DNA from: Terrimicrobiaceae bacterium
Lineage (GTDB): Bacteria; Verrucomicrobiota; Verrucomicrobiia; Chthoniobacterales; Terrimicrobiaceae
Direction of reading: 5' to 3'
Assembly: GCA_044342325.1 (NCBI GenBank)
Contig: JBIIPZ010000014.1
Span: 1-64,000 of the forward strand
Length of the DNA: 64,000 bases
The first letter of the stretch is position 1; every line of letters starts with the position of its first letter. The position numbers and the translations under genes are program-made. Shown one piece after another: positions 1 through 10,423 of this stretch. The notes beneath the pieces were generated by a model that saw nothing but the letters and a program-made list of their open reading frames with translations, did not search any database and was not told where the DNA came from.

Positions 1-747
1 CGGGAAAAATCGGGAGCTGGATTTGCGGCATACCCCACTATCAGCACACGAGAGGAAGTCCTTCAATTCGGTTCATTGCGCTTCCTCGAAAGCGGTGCAC
101 GCCTCCCGAAGGTCAGGATGTCTGAGCTTAAGGCGGATCACATGGACGTGGTCGATAGTGAACCGCCCCTTGGTGTTTCTATCTACGATCTGGCCGCGAC
201 CATCGGGGCTGTCGGTGGACGCGCCACCATGGATATTCTGAGCTTCTCTGCCTCGTGGAAACCCATCGAGCGCCTGGAATTTTTCGGCAAATACAAACTG
301 GCCGTATTGACGGGCGAGAGCATCCTCAACGACTACTATGTGAACGCCTCTTACAGCTTGCTGCGTTCGCCGCTCGTGCGGGTGGGCTATGGGTTCTCGC
401 AAACGCGCTTCAGCAAAGCCTCGCCGGTCTATCAAGACGGAGCGAACTCCACCTCGTTCTACTACGATCCAGCAGACTTGCTTGTGCAGAATTACTACGC
501 AGAGTTTTCGCAAAACCTGGGGAAAAATTTCGCCTACGGAGCGGAGGCTCACTTTTACCAGCAACCGCTCAATGGCGGCATAGGCGCCGGCTTCTTTGGG
601 CATGTCAAATACAGCCTGAGAGGCAACCAGGCGCTGCGGATCGATGTCAGCTACTTCAGTCAAGACCGAGGGCTCAATCGCGATGGAACCTCCTCGGCGC
701 ATTACGATTCCTTAAACATTGTGGCCAGTTATGAATTCCGATTCTAA
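1..747 (+). CDS. Putative outer-membrane beta-barrel protein (5' partial)
   Basis: Frame is open from base 1. Alternating aromatic/polar beta-strand pattern and C-terminal YEFRF (terminal Phe beta-signal). Overlaps the downstream GT2 start. Confidence 0.6.
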   Translation, partial: REKSGAGFAAYPTISTREEVLQFGSLRFLESGARLPKVRMSELKADHMDVVDSEPPLGVSIYDLAATIGAVGGRATMDILSFSASWKPIERLEFFGKYKLAVLTGESILNDYYVNASYSLLRSPLVRVGYGFSQTRFSKASPVYQDGANSTSFYYDPADLLVQNYYAEFSQNLGKNFAYGAEAHFYQQPLNGGIGAGFFGHVKYSLRGNQALRIDVSYFSQDRGLNRDGTSSAHYDSLNIVASYEFRF

Positions 748-2275
748 GACATTACCGGCATCGCCACAAGAACCGACGCGAAAGCGCCGATATCATGATC
801 AAATCCTCACGCAGCATGCGCGGCGGAATTTCCTCGCCTTTCTCATCACGGTGACCTGCGCACTGGCCTACCTCGTTTGGATCACCTTCCATATCGATTA
901 CAACTATTGGTATATAGCCTTCCCTTATATTTTTGCCGAAGTTATTAGCTTCATTAGCATGCTGCTGTGGAGTGAAATGATGATGCGCCGCCGAGAGCAC
1001 GCGCCATCCGGGTTGGCTATGGAAAATCCCCCGCCGCCGGTGGATGTGATCATTACCTGTTGTGGGGAGCCGTTTTCCATTGTGGAAAAAACACTGCGCG
1101 CTGCTGCGGCCATAGACTATCCCGATTTCTCGGTGACGGTGGCGGATGATCGGCATAATATTGATATCGAGAGGCTATGCACTGAACTGGGGGTGCAATA
1201 CTTGCTTCGCCCCACGCATGAGAACCGCAAGGCGGGAAATCTCAATTATGCCCTTCGGCACACCACAAATCCTTTCTTGCTTGTCCTTGATGCCGATCAG
1301 ATGGCGCACCACCGTATTCTCAAAGTCCTCATGGGCTACTTTGCTGTTGCGAAAATAGGCTTTGTCACGACCTACCAAGCTTTTGATGTGCCTGAAGGCG
1401 ACCCTTGGTCCAATCGTGACCGGGTTTTCTACGGGGCCATGCAAACGTCACGAAACGCCTCAAACTCTTCCATATCCTGCGGCTCTGGTGTCGTTTATCG
1501 CCGGCAGGCCCTGAATCAAATTGGCGGTTTCGCTACATGGAGTCTGGTGGAGGACCTTTACTCGTCGCTCCTGCTACATGCCGCCGGTTGGAAAAGCGTT
1601 TACCATCCCTATCCAGCCACGCATGGCACGGCACCGGCAGAAATCACCGGCCATGTCCGCCAGCGCTGGCAGTGGGCGGTGGATTCGCTCCGCTTGCTCT
1701 TTTGGCGAAACCCGCTTTTTACAAAAGGCCTGAGCTGGGAACAAAAGCTCAATTACATTGGCTTTGGCTATAATTATTTACTTTTTGGTCTGGCCTACCC
1801 GATTTTTTATCTCCTGCCGATCTGGGGGCTTTTTAGCGGGTGTTTTTTCCTGAAGACGAGCGCCTTGGCTTTTCTGCTTTGGCGCATGCCTTATGCGGTT
1901 GCTTTTTATATTTTTAACCGCTTCTCCACCGAGTGGCGGCATAGCTCCAAATCCTTCCGCGCACAGGCTGTGTTGTTTGAGGTTTACATCAGCGCGATTA
2001 TTACCGCGCTCTTGTCGCGCAGGCATTTACCCCACTACTTCGTCACAAAAAAAGTCTCCGAGATCCCGATGCTGATCGAGCGTTTGAACCATGTCTTGCC
2101 GCATATTGCTATTATGGCACTCAGCTTGACAGGAATTATTTATGGCTTTTTTCACAGTTCCGAAAACCAAGTTTTTTATTACATCAACGCAGGCTGGGCG
2201 CTCTGGGTCATATGGATCCTCCTCCCATTCACCATCCTCGCCTTACGCGATCCCGCAGAAAAAACCAAGTCCTAA
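731..2275 (+). CDS. Cellulose synthase-like GT2 glycosyltransferase, no PilZ domain
   Basis: Motifs DD, KAGNLN, DADQ, SCGS, VED and QRWQW; N- and C-terminal TM helices. ATG at 731. Confidence 0.85.
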   Translation: MNSDSKTLPASPQEPTRKRRYHDQILTQHARRNFLAFLITVTCALAYLVWITFHIDYNYWYIAFPYIFAEVISFISMLLWSEMMMRRREHAPSGLAMENPPPPVDVIITCCGEPFSIVEKTLRAAAAIDYPDFSVTVADDRHNIDIERLCTELGVQYLLRPTHENRKAGNLNYALRHTTNPFLLVLDADQMAHHRILKVLMGYFAVAKIGFVTTYQAFDVPEGDPWSNRDRVFYGAMQTSRNASNSSISCGSGVVYRRQALNQIGGFATWSLVEDLYSSLLLHAAGWKSVYHPYPATHGTAPAEITGHVRQRWQWAVDSLRLLFWRNPLFTKGLSWEQKLNYIGFGYNYLLFGLAYPIFYLLPIWGLFSGCFFLKTSALAFLLWRMPYAVAFYIFNRFSTEWRHSSKSFRAQAVLFEVYISAIITALLSRRHLPHYFVTKKVSEIPMLIERLNHVLPHIAIMALSLTGIIYGFFHSSENQVFYYINAGWALWVIWILLPFTILALRDPAEKTKS

Positions 2276-2277
2276 TT

Positions 2278-4641
2278 ATGTCAAACGATTCGAACACCAT
2301 CCCCAGTCCCTCTCTACTGAAAGATGAATCGCTTGCTAAATCACCAAATCTACATGATGCAAAGCGCATTTCTACTTTAAATGACCTTCCTCTTATCAAT
2401 ACGGAGTCCGATATCGCTTTTGACGATCTGATTGCTCTGGCCTCCCTTCTCACCGACACCCCGCTCGGCGCTATCTCATTTGTTGATAATGACCAGGCAT
2501 GGATTAAAAGCACACACGGCTTTGAACCAAAAAAGTTGGAACTCAGTCCCGCCTTTGCCGTTCAGACCATTCGAGAGCAAGAACCTTGCTTTGTTGTGCC
2601 AGATGCCACGAAAGACGAGCGGTTTGCAAATAATCCACTGGTCACGGGTGACCCCCATATTCGCTTCTATGCGGGCGTGCCGATGCTCGGTGCCGAAGGC
2701 GTGCCGCTCGGCAGCTTTTCCGTCATGGATCGCAAGCCCCGCGAATTAACACCTCATCAGATGGAACTGCTCCAGCATATCGCACGTATCGCCATGGATT
2801 TGGCCGAGCGCGAGCGGCGGCGGCGCATCCTGGAAAAACACGTCCTCTTCGGGGAGCAGGTTGGCTTGGGATTGCCTGACGTCATCTCCCAGCTTGCATC
2901 ACCCACCGGGCAGATTCAGGCCCTGATTTCCAATCTTGTCAAGGAATACACCCCGTTGCTTGGATGGGTTGCCGCGCGCATCCAGCGCTTTCACGACGGC
3001 GCTTCCGCCGAGCTGTGTCATACGCCTGATGAGCCGCCAACACCCTTACAGCAAGCAATATGGGAGAAGTTGGATCAGACGGCTCTCCTTGCTACGGATG
3101 TGTTGCGTCAAGGTGCGATCTACGGGAGTGAAGCGGAGGAGGGGCGGGTATTTTTTTATGCGGTTATTCCTCTCAAATTTACGAGCCATGTGCTTGCACG
3201 GGTGGATTTTCTTTGCACAGTCCCTCAAGATAGCCGGTTTGATAATCTCTTCAAGCTCATGCTCGCCTCATTTGGTGCCATGGCTGAGAAGGTCATTCAT
3301 TTGGAGGAGCTGAAATATTACGTCGATCATGACTCGCTGACAGGGCTTGCCAACCGGAGTCTTCTTATCAATGAGATCGATAAACTCATTCAACTCACAC
3401 GCGTTGAGAAACCGATAGGACTTCTTTTCCATATACGCTTCGACAGCATCACCGAGATCAACGACAACTTCGGCTACACTGCTGGAGATAATGCGCTTAT
3501 CGAGGCTGCAAAGCGTTTGAAATCACTCCAAGGTGGCAATGCTTTTGTGGCACGGGTCGGTGGCGATAAGTTTATGGTGCTCATGAGGGATCTGGATCTG
3601 GAGAAAAACTTCTCAAGCCTCCTCAGCGAGGTTGAGGTGTGTGTGGCGCTTCCATTTCGTATCAACCACGATGAAATCCGCATTTCCGCCGATGTGGGTT
3701 GCACCGTGATCAGCGACCCCACGGCCCACCCCATCGAAATGCTCCGCCGCGCAGAAGTGACTCTGCGCCATGCGACATCCCAGGAAGTCGGCGCTCACCG
3801 AAAAGTCTACACCTACCACGAGCAGATGTTTCAAGAGCGCCTCGAGCTCCATAAGACCAATCTTCTGATCAGGCAGGCTTATAGTGAAAACCGGTTTCTG
3901 CTCCGATTCCAACCTGTATACGATCTGACCACCAATAGCTTGATCGGCGCAGAGACGCTTCTGCGATTGAGACAAAAAGATGGCGAAATCTTGGATGCTG
4001 GCCAATTCATTTCAGCCATTCCACGCATCCGCTACCAAGCCAGTATTGACGAATGGGTTTTCAGCGAGTTTCTCCGACAATTTGGCGAACGCAGTTCAGG
4101 TCGAAAACTTCTGGAAATCAAAAATTTTATGCTCAGCTTGAATGTGACGCCTGTCTTTCTTTCCGTGAAAGGATTCGCAAAAAAATGGCTGGCCAAATTA
4201 TCCAATGCGGGCATCCCTCCCCATGTCATCGTCTTGGAAGTGGTGGAAAGCCCCCTCCTCCTCGCCAATGAGAGCTTGATCGATAACTTAAATCAGCTTC
4301 GCGCCGCCGGCGTGAGGGTGTCGGTGGATGACTTTGGTTCCGGATACAGCAATCTACGACATCTCATCCAATTGCCGGTGGATATCGTGAAATTCGACAA
4401 AGCCTTTTTGTCCGAACTTTCTGGTCAGGACAGCAGATCCCGAGTCCTCTTGCCAAGCCTCATCACACTCTGCCACGAGCTGGGCTACAGCCCCATGTGC
4501 GAAGGCGTCGAGACATCCGAGCAAGTCGAATTCCTCCGCCACACGAAATGTCGCTTCGTCCAAGGCTATTTCTACGGAAAAGCCATGCCGCTTGCCGATG
4601 TCCTGGCGCTTTCTTTACAAGGCTCTCCGTCGACCGCCTAG
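2278..4641 (+). CDS. GAF-GGDEF(degenerate)-EAL protein, likely c-di-GMP phosphodiesterase
   Basis: GAF (IRFYAGVPM), HDSLTGLANR, GGDKF, FQPVYDL..AETLLR, DDFGSGYS, EGVET, QGYFYGK. ATG at 2278, 2 nt after the GT2 stop. Confidence 0.9.
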   Translation: MSNDSNTIPSPSLLKDESLAKSPNLHDAKRISTLNDLPLINTESDIAFDDLIALASLLTDTPLGAISFVDNDQAWIKSTHGFEPKKLELSPAFAVQTIREQEPCFVVPDATKDERFANNPLVTGDPHIRFYAGVPMLGAEGVPLGSFSVMDRKPRELTPHQMELLQHIARIAMDLAERERRRRILEKHVLFGEQVGLGLPDVISQLASPTGQIQALISNLVKEYTPLLGWVAARIQRFHDGASAELCHTPDEPPTPLQQAIWEKLDQTALLATDVLRQGAIYGSEAEEGRVFFYAVIPLKFTSHVLARVDFLCTVPQDSRFDNLFKLMLASFGAMAEKVIHLEELKYYVDHDSLTGLANRSLLINEIDKLIQLTRVEKPIGLLFHIRFDSITEINDNFGYTAGDNALIEAAKRLKSLQGGNAFVARVGGDKFMVLMRDLDLEKNFSSLLSEVEVCVALPFRINHDEIRISADVGCTVISDPTAHPIEMLRRAEVTLRHATSQEVGAHRKVYTYHEQMFQERLELHKTNLLIRQAYSENRFLLRFQPVYDLTTNSLIGAETLLRLRQKDGEILDAGQFISAIPRIRYQASIDEWVFSEFLRQFGERSSGRKLLEIKNFMLSLNVTPVFLSVKGFAKKWLAKLSNAGIPPHVIVLEVVESPLLLANESLIDNLNQLRAAGVRVSVDDFGSGYSNLRHLIQLPVDIVKFDKAFLSELSGQDSRSRVLLPSLITLCHELGYSPMCEGVETSEQVEFLRHTKCRFVQGYFYGKAMPLADVLALSLQGSPSTA

Positions 4642-4656
4642 GCACACGCCGCCAAA
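4581..4656 (+). repeat. Direct repeat copy 1 (3' end of EAL gene plus downstream bases)
   Basis: Aligns to 5114-5192 with 6 substitutions and one 3-bp indel. Confidence 0.9.
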
Positions 4657-4661
4657 AAAAA

Positions 4662-5081
4662 GGGGTCAGGCATAAATTATTGACATGATTCTCCTGATTC
4701 ACGCCTGAAAGTCTCGGCATGGCGAGAGGTAAGTTCAATCATAAGATTCAGTCATTTAGACATTTGCTTACACATTTAGTGGAAGGATCATCGTCTCGCA
4801 TGGCCCAAGATTCAGCCGCGCAGCGGCGTCCGATTGTAGCCTGGTCGTCACGACCGTGCAGGGCGCCGGGCAAGGCGTGCTGGTGTCTGAGAGTGGGCCA
4901 TGCCAACCGAAGCACTGGGAAGTGCGAAGAAAGCACATCGCCGATAAAAAGGGGTCAGGCATAAATTATTGACATCCGTCTGTCGTGTTAAAAGACTTAA
5001 AAAGAGGTTGGACTTGATCGAAAGCAACGAAAAGTAGGGACCCAGAAATCGGAATTATGTCAATAATTTATGCCTGACCCC
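4662..5081. mobile_element. MITE-like or degraded transposon remnant with 25-bp terminal inverted repeats
   Basis: GGGGTCAGGCATAAATTATTGACAT at 4662-4686 and 4951-4975, exact reverse complement at 5057-5081. No intact transposase inside. Confidence 0.65.
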
Positions 5082-5113
5082 TTAACGCACCCGCAAAGCT
5101 ATTTTTACTTAAG

Positions 5114-5192
5114 AGCCATGCCGCTTGCGGAAGTTCTGGCGCTTTCTTTACAAGGCTCTCCGTCGAGAGCCTTGTAGGCACACGGCGCCAAA
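5114..5192 (+). repeat. Direct repeat copy 2 (orphan diverged EAL-gene C-terminus AMPLAEVLALSLQGSPSRAL*)
   Basis: Near-duplicate of 4581-4656. Confidence 0.9.
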
Positions 5193-5193
5193 C

Positions 5194-5796
5194 TTACGCC
5201 GCCATGTAGGGCAGGGTCGCGGCGCGGGTGCGCACGGCGTCGATGCCTTCGAGGAGATCGGCGATTGCGTCCCATTTGCCGGTCACAAGCGCCTCGTGGG
5301 CGTGTGGGGCGATGGTGATGGGGAAGTCCATGTCGGCGATGGAGAGTTTTTTCTCGGTGAGGTCGAGGGTGAGGAGTGCGGCGGGGTCGGACTCGATGAG
5401 TTTGGCGACGGAGCGGATGTCCTCGCCGGTCATCACGACGCAAGGCATGCCGAGGGTGATGGAATTTCCAAAGAAAATCTCGGCGAAGCTTTCGGCGATG
5501 ATGGCGCGGATGCCGAAGCGGTAGAGTGCCTGCGGGGCGTGCTCGCGGGAGCTGCCGCAGCCGAAGTTGGAGCCGGAGAGCAGAATGCTGGCGCCGGTGA
5601 AGCGGGCGTCGTCGAGCGGGTGGGTTTGTCCGTCGGCTTTGGCGAAGGCGCGGGCGTCGTAGAAGGCGAATTCGCCGAGCCCGTCAAAGGTGATGCACTT
5701 CATGAAACGGGCGGGGATGATGCGGTCGGTGTCGAGGTCGTCGCCGGGCACATAGACGCCGCGTCCGCCGACTTGGGTGATTTTTTCAAGAGCCAT
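5194..5796 (-). CDS. leuD: 3-isopropylmalate dehydratase small subunit
   Basis: DLDTDRIIPARF and NFGCGSSREHAPQAL; downstream of leuC. Confidence 0.97.
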   Translation of the reverse strand: MALEKITQVGGRGVYVPGDDLDTDRIIPARFMKCITFDGLGEFAFYDARAFAKADGQTHPLDDARFTGASILLSGSNFGCGSSREHAPQALYRFGIRAIIAESFAEIFFGNSITLGMPCVVMTGEDIRSVAKLIESDPAALLTLDLTEKKLSIADMDFPITIAPHAHEALVTGKWDAIADLLEGIDAVRTRAATLPYMAA

Positions 5797-5818
5797 AGTT
5801 TTTTAAAATGTGGAGTGT

Positions 5819-7228
5819 TTAGTTGATGCCGAAGACTTCGCGGGCGTCGGAGATTTCTCCAGAGAGGGCTGCGGCGGCGACCATGAGGGGCGACATGAGG
5901 ACGGTGCGTCCGGTCGGGCTGCCTTGGCGGCCTTTGAAATTGCGGTTGCTCGAGCTGGCGCAGAGTTGTTCGCCGACGAGTTTGTCGGGGTTCATGCCGA
6001 GGCACATGGAGCATCCGGCACCGCGCCATTCGAAGCCGGCTTCGCGGAAGATTTCCGCCAGACCCATGCTCTCGGCGACGCTGGCGACGCCTTGCGAGCC
6101 GGGGACGACGATGGCTTTCACGCCTTTATTGACCTTGCGGCCTTTGATATAGCGGGCGACTTCCTGGAGGTCGCTCAGGCGGCCGTTTGTGCAGCTGCCG
6201 AGGAAGGCGACATCGACTTTCGTGCCTTTGATAGGGTTGCCGGATTTCAACAGCATGTGCGCAAGCGCCTCTTCGGCGGTCGAGCGGTCTTTCTCCGGAA
6301 CCTCGTTCGGGAATGGCACCTTCTCATGAATGAAAATGGCCTGCCCGGGATTGATGCCCCAGGTCACGGTCGGCGAGATGTCGGCAGCGTCGAAGGTCAC
6401 GATGTCGTCGTAGTGGGCATCCGGGTCGGATGCGGTGGCATTCCAGCGGGCGACGGCGGCATCCCAGTCAGCACCCTTCGGTGAGTAGGGACGGCCTTTG
6501 AGATACTCGAAAGTAGTTTCGTCGGGGTTCACATAACCCACGCGCGCGCCGCCTTCGATGGACATGTTGCAAACGGTCATGCGCTCTTCTTGTGTGAAGG
6601 CGTCGAAGGTTGTGCCGCCGTATTCGTAGGCGTAGCCGAGACCACCGTTCACCCCGAGTTTGCGGATGATGTGCAGGATGACATCCTTGGCATACACGCC
6701 GGGAGTGAGTTTTCCATTCACATTGATCCGGCGAACCTTGGGCTTGTGGAGCGCCATGGTCTGTGTGGCGAGGACATCACGCACCTGGCTGGTGCCGATG
6801 CCGAAGGCGATCGCGCCGAAGGCACCGTGGGTCGAGGTGTGCGAGTCGCCGCAAGCGATCGTGGTGCCGGGTTGGGTGATGCCCTGCTCGGGGCCGACGA
6901 TGTGGACGATGCCCTGTTTGCCGGTGGGAAGGTCGAAGAAGGTGATGCCATTTTCCGCGCAGTTCGAGCGCAGCGCCTTGATCATGGCATCCGCGAGGTC
7001 GTCGCTGAATGGCTCGGAGCGTTCATCCGTGGGCACGATGTGATCCACTGTGGCGAAGGTGCGCGAAGGGTAGAGCACTTTGAGATTCAAGTCGCGCAAC
7101 ATGCCGAAGGCCTGCGGGCTGGTGACCTCGTGAATGAGGTGGGTGCCGATCAAAAGTTGGGTGGCTCCATTCGGAAGAGTGCGGACGGTGTGGGCGGCCC
7201 ACACCTTGTCGAGTAGCGTCTGGCTCAT
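5819..7228 (-). CDS. leuC: 3-isopropylmalate dehydratase large subunit
   Basis: [44 protein letters not shown]. Start set at ATG 7228 (MSQTLLDKV). Confidence 0.97.
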   Translation of the reverse strand: MSQTLLDKVWAAHTVRTLPNGATQLLIGTHLIHEVTSPQAFGMLRDLNLKVLYPSRTFATVDHIVPTDERSEPFSDDLADAMIKALRSNCAENGITFFDLPTGKQGIVHIVGPEQGITQPGTTIACGDSHTSTHGAFGAIAFGIGTSQVRDVLATQTMALHKPKVRRINVNGKLTPGVYAKDVILHIIRKLGVNGGLGYAYEYGGTTFDAFTQEERMTVCNMSIEGGARVGYVNPDETTFEYLKGRPYSPKGADWDAAVARWNATASDPDAHYDDIVTFDAADISPTVTWGINPGQAIFIHEKVPFPNEVPEKDRSTAEEALAHMLLKSGNPIKGTKVDVAFLGSCTNGRLSDLQEVARYIKGRKVNKGVKAIVVPGSQGVASVAESMGLAEIFREAGFEWRGAGCSMCLGMNPDKLVGEQLCASSSNRNFKGRQGSPTGRTVLMSPLMVAAAALSGEISDAREVFGIN

Positions 7229-7384
7229 AGTTAAGAACGGTTGAGAATATCGGTTTAGCGGCTCCTTGCAAGACACGACACTTGCAAAAGCCACAAAATT
7301 CGCGAGGATGACCTGTGCTCGCAGTCCTAACAATACCGTGATCACCTAAGCGGCCGCCTGGTTCGGCTGCACCTTATCTGCCAC

Positions 7385-8527
7385 ATGAAAAATATCCTCA
7401 GCAAAATTCGAGTCACCAACAGCATCTTCCTCATCGGAACCTTCCTCGTCACCTGCACGGCCGTTCCTCTCTACATCTGGCAAAACGGCCTCAATTTCTT
7501 CCAGGTGGCTTTGTTTTTCTTCTTCACCTTTTCCACAGGCATGAGCATCACGCTCGGCTACCACCGCCTGTTCTCGCACCTTACCTTCCAAGCGAATCCG
7601 CTGGTGAAACTTTACACCCTGCTCTTCGGTGCGGCGGCTTTTGAAGGTTCCGCTCTCGCTTGGTCGGCCGACCACCGCCGCCACCACAAATTTGTCGACC
7701 ACGATGACGATCCCTATGACATCTCGCGCGGGCTTTTCCATGCCCACATCGGCTGGCTTCTCTTCCGCCGCAGCCCCGACACGCCTCTTACATGGGTGAG
7801 GGATTTGCAAAAAGACCGTCTCGCCTGGTGGCAGCACGAATATTATGTGCCGATTGCCATTTTCATGAGCTTCGGCCTGCCTGCGCTCATCGGCTACATC
7901 TATGGTGGTGCCAATGCCGCCCTTGGCGCGTTCCTGCTCTCCGGCTTCGCCCGCGTCGTGCTCGTGCACCACTCGACCTTCTGCATCAACTCGCTCTGCC
8001 ACTGGATTGGCGACCGCCCGTATTCCACCCACTGCTCCGCTCGCGACAGCTTCCTCATGGCGGTCTTCACCTTCGGCGAGGGCTACCACAACTTCCACCA
8101 CGAGTTCCAGTATGACTACCGGAATGGCGTCAAACCTTGGCAATACGATCCCACCAAGTGGGCGATCTGGATTCTCAACAAACTCGGCCTGACCAGCAAC
8201 CTCCGCACCGTGCCAGAGGAAAAAATCCTCAAAGCGCAAATCGCCGAGCATGACCGCCTGCTGGAGGCGAAATTGCTCGCCCAGCCCACCCCAATCTCCG
8301 ATTCGATCCATGCCATGGTCCAAAGTGCCCGCGCCCGCATGGATGAAGCCCTACTCCGCTGGGAAGAACTGCTCGTCGAATACCGCGCCGCCGCTGCAGG
8401 AAAAACCGAAATATCCCGTCGGGAAATGGCCGAACTCCGCAAGAGCCTGCAAAAAGCCAGCGATCAATTTCGCCAATCCCTGCGCGATTGGAAAAATACC
8501 TGGCAAAGCCTGCCTGCGGCTTGCTGA
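7385..8527 (+). CDS. Delta-9 acyl-CoA/acyl-lipid desaturase with C-terminal helical extension
   Basis: His boxes HRLFSH, HRRHH, HNFHH; GEGYHNFHH; YDPTKW. Confidence 0.92.
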   Translation: MKNILSKIRVTNSIFLIGTFLVTCTAVPLYIWQNGLNFFQVALFFFFTFSTGMSITLGYHRLFSHLTFQANPLVKLYTLLFGAAAFEGSALAWSADHRRHHKFVDHDDDPYDISRGLFHAHIGWLLFRRSPDTPLTWVRDLQKDRLAWWQHEYYVPIAIFMSFGLPALIGYIYGGANAALGAFLLSGFARVVLVHHSTFCINSLCHWIGDRPYSTHCSARDSFLMAVFTFGEGYHNFHHEFQYDYRNGVKPWQYDPTKWAIWILNKLGLTSNLRTVPEEKILKAQIAEHDRLLEAKLLAQPTPISDSIHAMVQSARARMDEALLRWEELLVEYRAAAAGKTEISRREMAELRKSLQKASDQFRQSLRDWKNTWQSLPAAC

Positions 8528-8536
8528 GGGGGGGAG

Positions 8537-8570
8537 AAGTTTTAAGTTTGTAAGTTTTAGGTTTTAAGTT
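8537..8570 (+). repeat. Short tandem heptamer repeat (AAGTTTT)n
   Basis: aagtttt-aagtttgt-aagtttt-aggtttt-aagtt. A related reverse-complement array lies at 37359-37388. Confidence 0.6.
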
Positions 8571-8755
8571 CGCGCGGCCGCGCGTAACTCTGGGAGGGCC
8601 TGTGTCCTCGCCTGACCCAAATTTCCTTTACGGACAGCGACTTGTAGACGAAGAGACCGTCTTTTCAAGGTGACAACGGCAGGGAGTGCAAAGAGCGTTC
8701 ACCGCGCTTTGCGGTTGGAGCCGATACTGTTCCAATGGAGCGCTCGGCTCTCTCT

Positions 8756-9382
8756 TCAGTTCTTTGGGAGCGGCTTGCCGCAGAGGGCGGCGAAGGCGTT
8801 TCGCTGGGCGGGGGTGAGGAGGGCTTTCATCTCCTCGGCTTGCCGCATGCGGTAGTCGCGGAGAATATCCACACGGTTTTTGTGGGAGACGGCACCGGAA
8901 CCATAGGAACGATTGATTTCGGCAACAAATTCCAGTCCGCGGATGCGCAGGGCTTCGACTGAAGCTCTTTGCCGGTATGTGAGGCGGAGTTGTTTTTGAA
9001 TCTGCGGGGAGACGAGCATGCTGTAGCTGAGAATCTGGTTTTGAATCTCGCTGAAGCGTGCAAATTGAGTCGGCGTGAGAAGCGCGAGCGCCCGGGCGTT
9101 GTTACCATCAATGAGCGCGAAGAGGCGCTGGTCTGGTGTGAGACCAGTATTGGGGGAGGCAGGGCTCTTGAGAAGGGATTCGGAGCGGGATTTCAACTCA
9201 CGCCGCAGGCTGTGGATTTGAGCGGTTTGCGTCGAACTGAGGCCGAGATCCGAGCGGACGCCGGGCATTTCCATGAGCAGGGTCACCGAGCCCGGATAAT
9301 CGGTCGCACGGGTGGTCGCTTGGAGCGGGGCGGAGGCGGCGAGGGCGAGACCGAAAATCGCGAGCAGGGTTTTTTTGAGCAT
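8756..9382 (-). CDS. Secreted protein with repeated LTxxQ motifs (Spy/CpxP-like chaperone)
   Basis: Signal peptide MLKKTLLAIFGLALAASAPLQA; LSSTQ, LTPDQ, LTPTQ, LTYRQ, LTPAQ. Confidence 0.6.
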   Translation of the reverse strand: MLKKTLLAIFGLALAASAPLQATTRATDYPGSVTLLMEMPGVRSDLGLSSTQTAQIHSLRRELKSRSESLLKSPASPNTGLTPDQRLFALIDGNNARALALLTPTQFARFSEIQNQILSYSMLVSPQIQKQLRLTYRQRASVEALRIRGLEFVAEINRSYGSGAVSHKNRVDILRDYRMRQAEEMKALLTPAQRNAFAALCGKPLPKN

Positions 9383-9388
9383 GGAATG

Positions 9389-10351
9389 TTAGAAGCTTTT
9401 TGCGATGATTTGTTCAAGCTGAACGATATCAGCGGCAAATTTCCGGATGCCTTCGGCGAGCTTGTCGGTGGCCATGGCGTCTTCGTTGAGCATCCAGCGG
9501 AAGGTTTTTTCGTCCATCGTAATTTTCTCAACGCTGTCGGCTGCGGCTGCGGAGGCGTCGAGCTTGCGTGTAACGGAGTCTGAGGAATCTTTGAGTTCCT
9601 TGAGAAGCTCGGGAGCGATCGTGAGGAGGTCGCAGCCGGCGAGTTCGCGGATCTGGCTGGTGTTCCGGAAGCTGGCACCCATGACCTGCGTGTGGTAGCC
9701 GAACTTTTTGTAATAGGTGAAAATTTTCTGCACGGATTCCACGCCTGGGTCTTCGGCGCCGACATATTCCTTGCCGGTTTTCGCCTTGTAGTAGTCGTAA
9801 ATGCGGCCGACGAACGGCGAGATGAGACGGACGCCGGCTTCGGCGCAGGCGATGGCCTGAGGAAGCGAGAAAAGAAGGGTGAGGTTGCAGTTGATGCCTT
9901 CCTTTTGGCAGATGGCGGCAGCTTGAGCGCCTTCCCAGGTCGAGGCGATCTTGATCAAAACGCGCTCACGGGGCGTGCCGAGCTTCTCGTAGAGGCCGAT
10001 GAGGTAGCGTGCTTTTTCCACTGTTGCTTCAACATCAAAGGAGAGACGGGCATCGACTTCGGTGGAAACACGGCCTGGAACGATAGAGAGAATCTCTCGT
10101 CCGAAGGCGATGAGCAGGTCGTCGATGACCTTGCGGTGAAGCGCGGAGCCGCTGAGCGCTGTGCTGCGGTTGTCAGCGATGGCTTTTTCCAAGAGCGGCT
10201 TGTATTCCGCCTGTTGGACGGCCTTGAAAATGAGCGTGGGGTTGGTGGTGGCATCCTGCGGCTCGTAGGCGCGGATGCTTTCGAAGTCTCCCGTGTCAGC
10301 GACGACGGTGGTGAATTGCTTAAGTTGGTCGAGTGCGTTGGATTGGCTCAT
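9389..10351 (-). CDS. tal: Transaldolase
   Basis: [36 protein letters not shown]. Confidence 0.97.
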   Translation of the reverse strand: MSQSNALDQLKQFTTVVADTGDFESIRAYEPQDATTNPTLIFKAVQQAEYKPLLEKAIADNRSTALSGSALHRKVIDDLLIAFGREILSIVPGRVSTEVDARLSFDVEATVEKARYLIGLYEKLGTPRERVLIKIASTWEGAQAAAICQKEGINCNLTLLFSLPQAIACAEAGVRLISPFVGRIYDYYKAKTGKEYVGAEDPGVESVQKIFTYYKKFGYHTQVMGASFRNTSQIRELAGCDLLTIAPELLKELKDSSDSVTRKLDASAAAADSVEKITMDEKTFRWMLNEDAMATDKLAEGIRKFAADIVQLEQIIAKSF

Positions 10352-10423
10352 GGTATGAAAAACGGAGTTACTTTGTGGAAGTGGGTGCCCGATTGCAATC
10401 GGTAAATCAGTCAGGCAGCGGTG

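Noticed and set aside
4662..5081. CRISPR array from the repeated 25-mer
   Set aside because: Only three copies, one inverted, with irregular long spacing and no cas genes.
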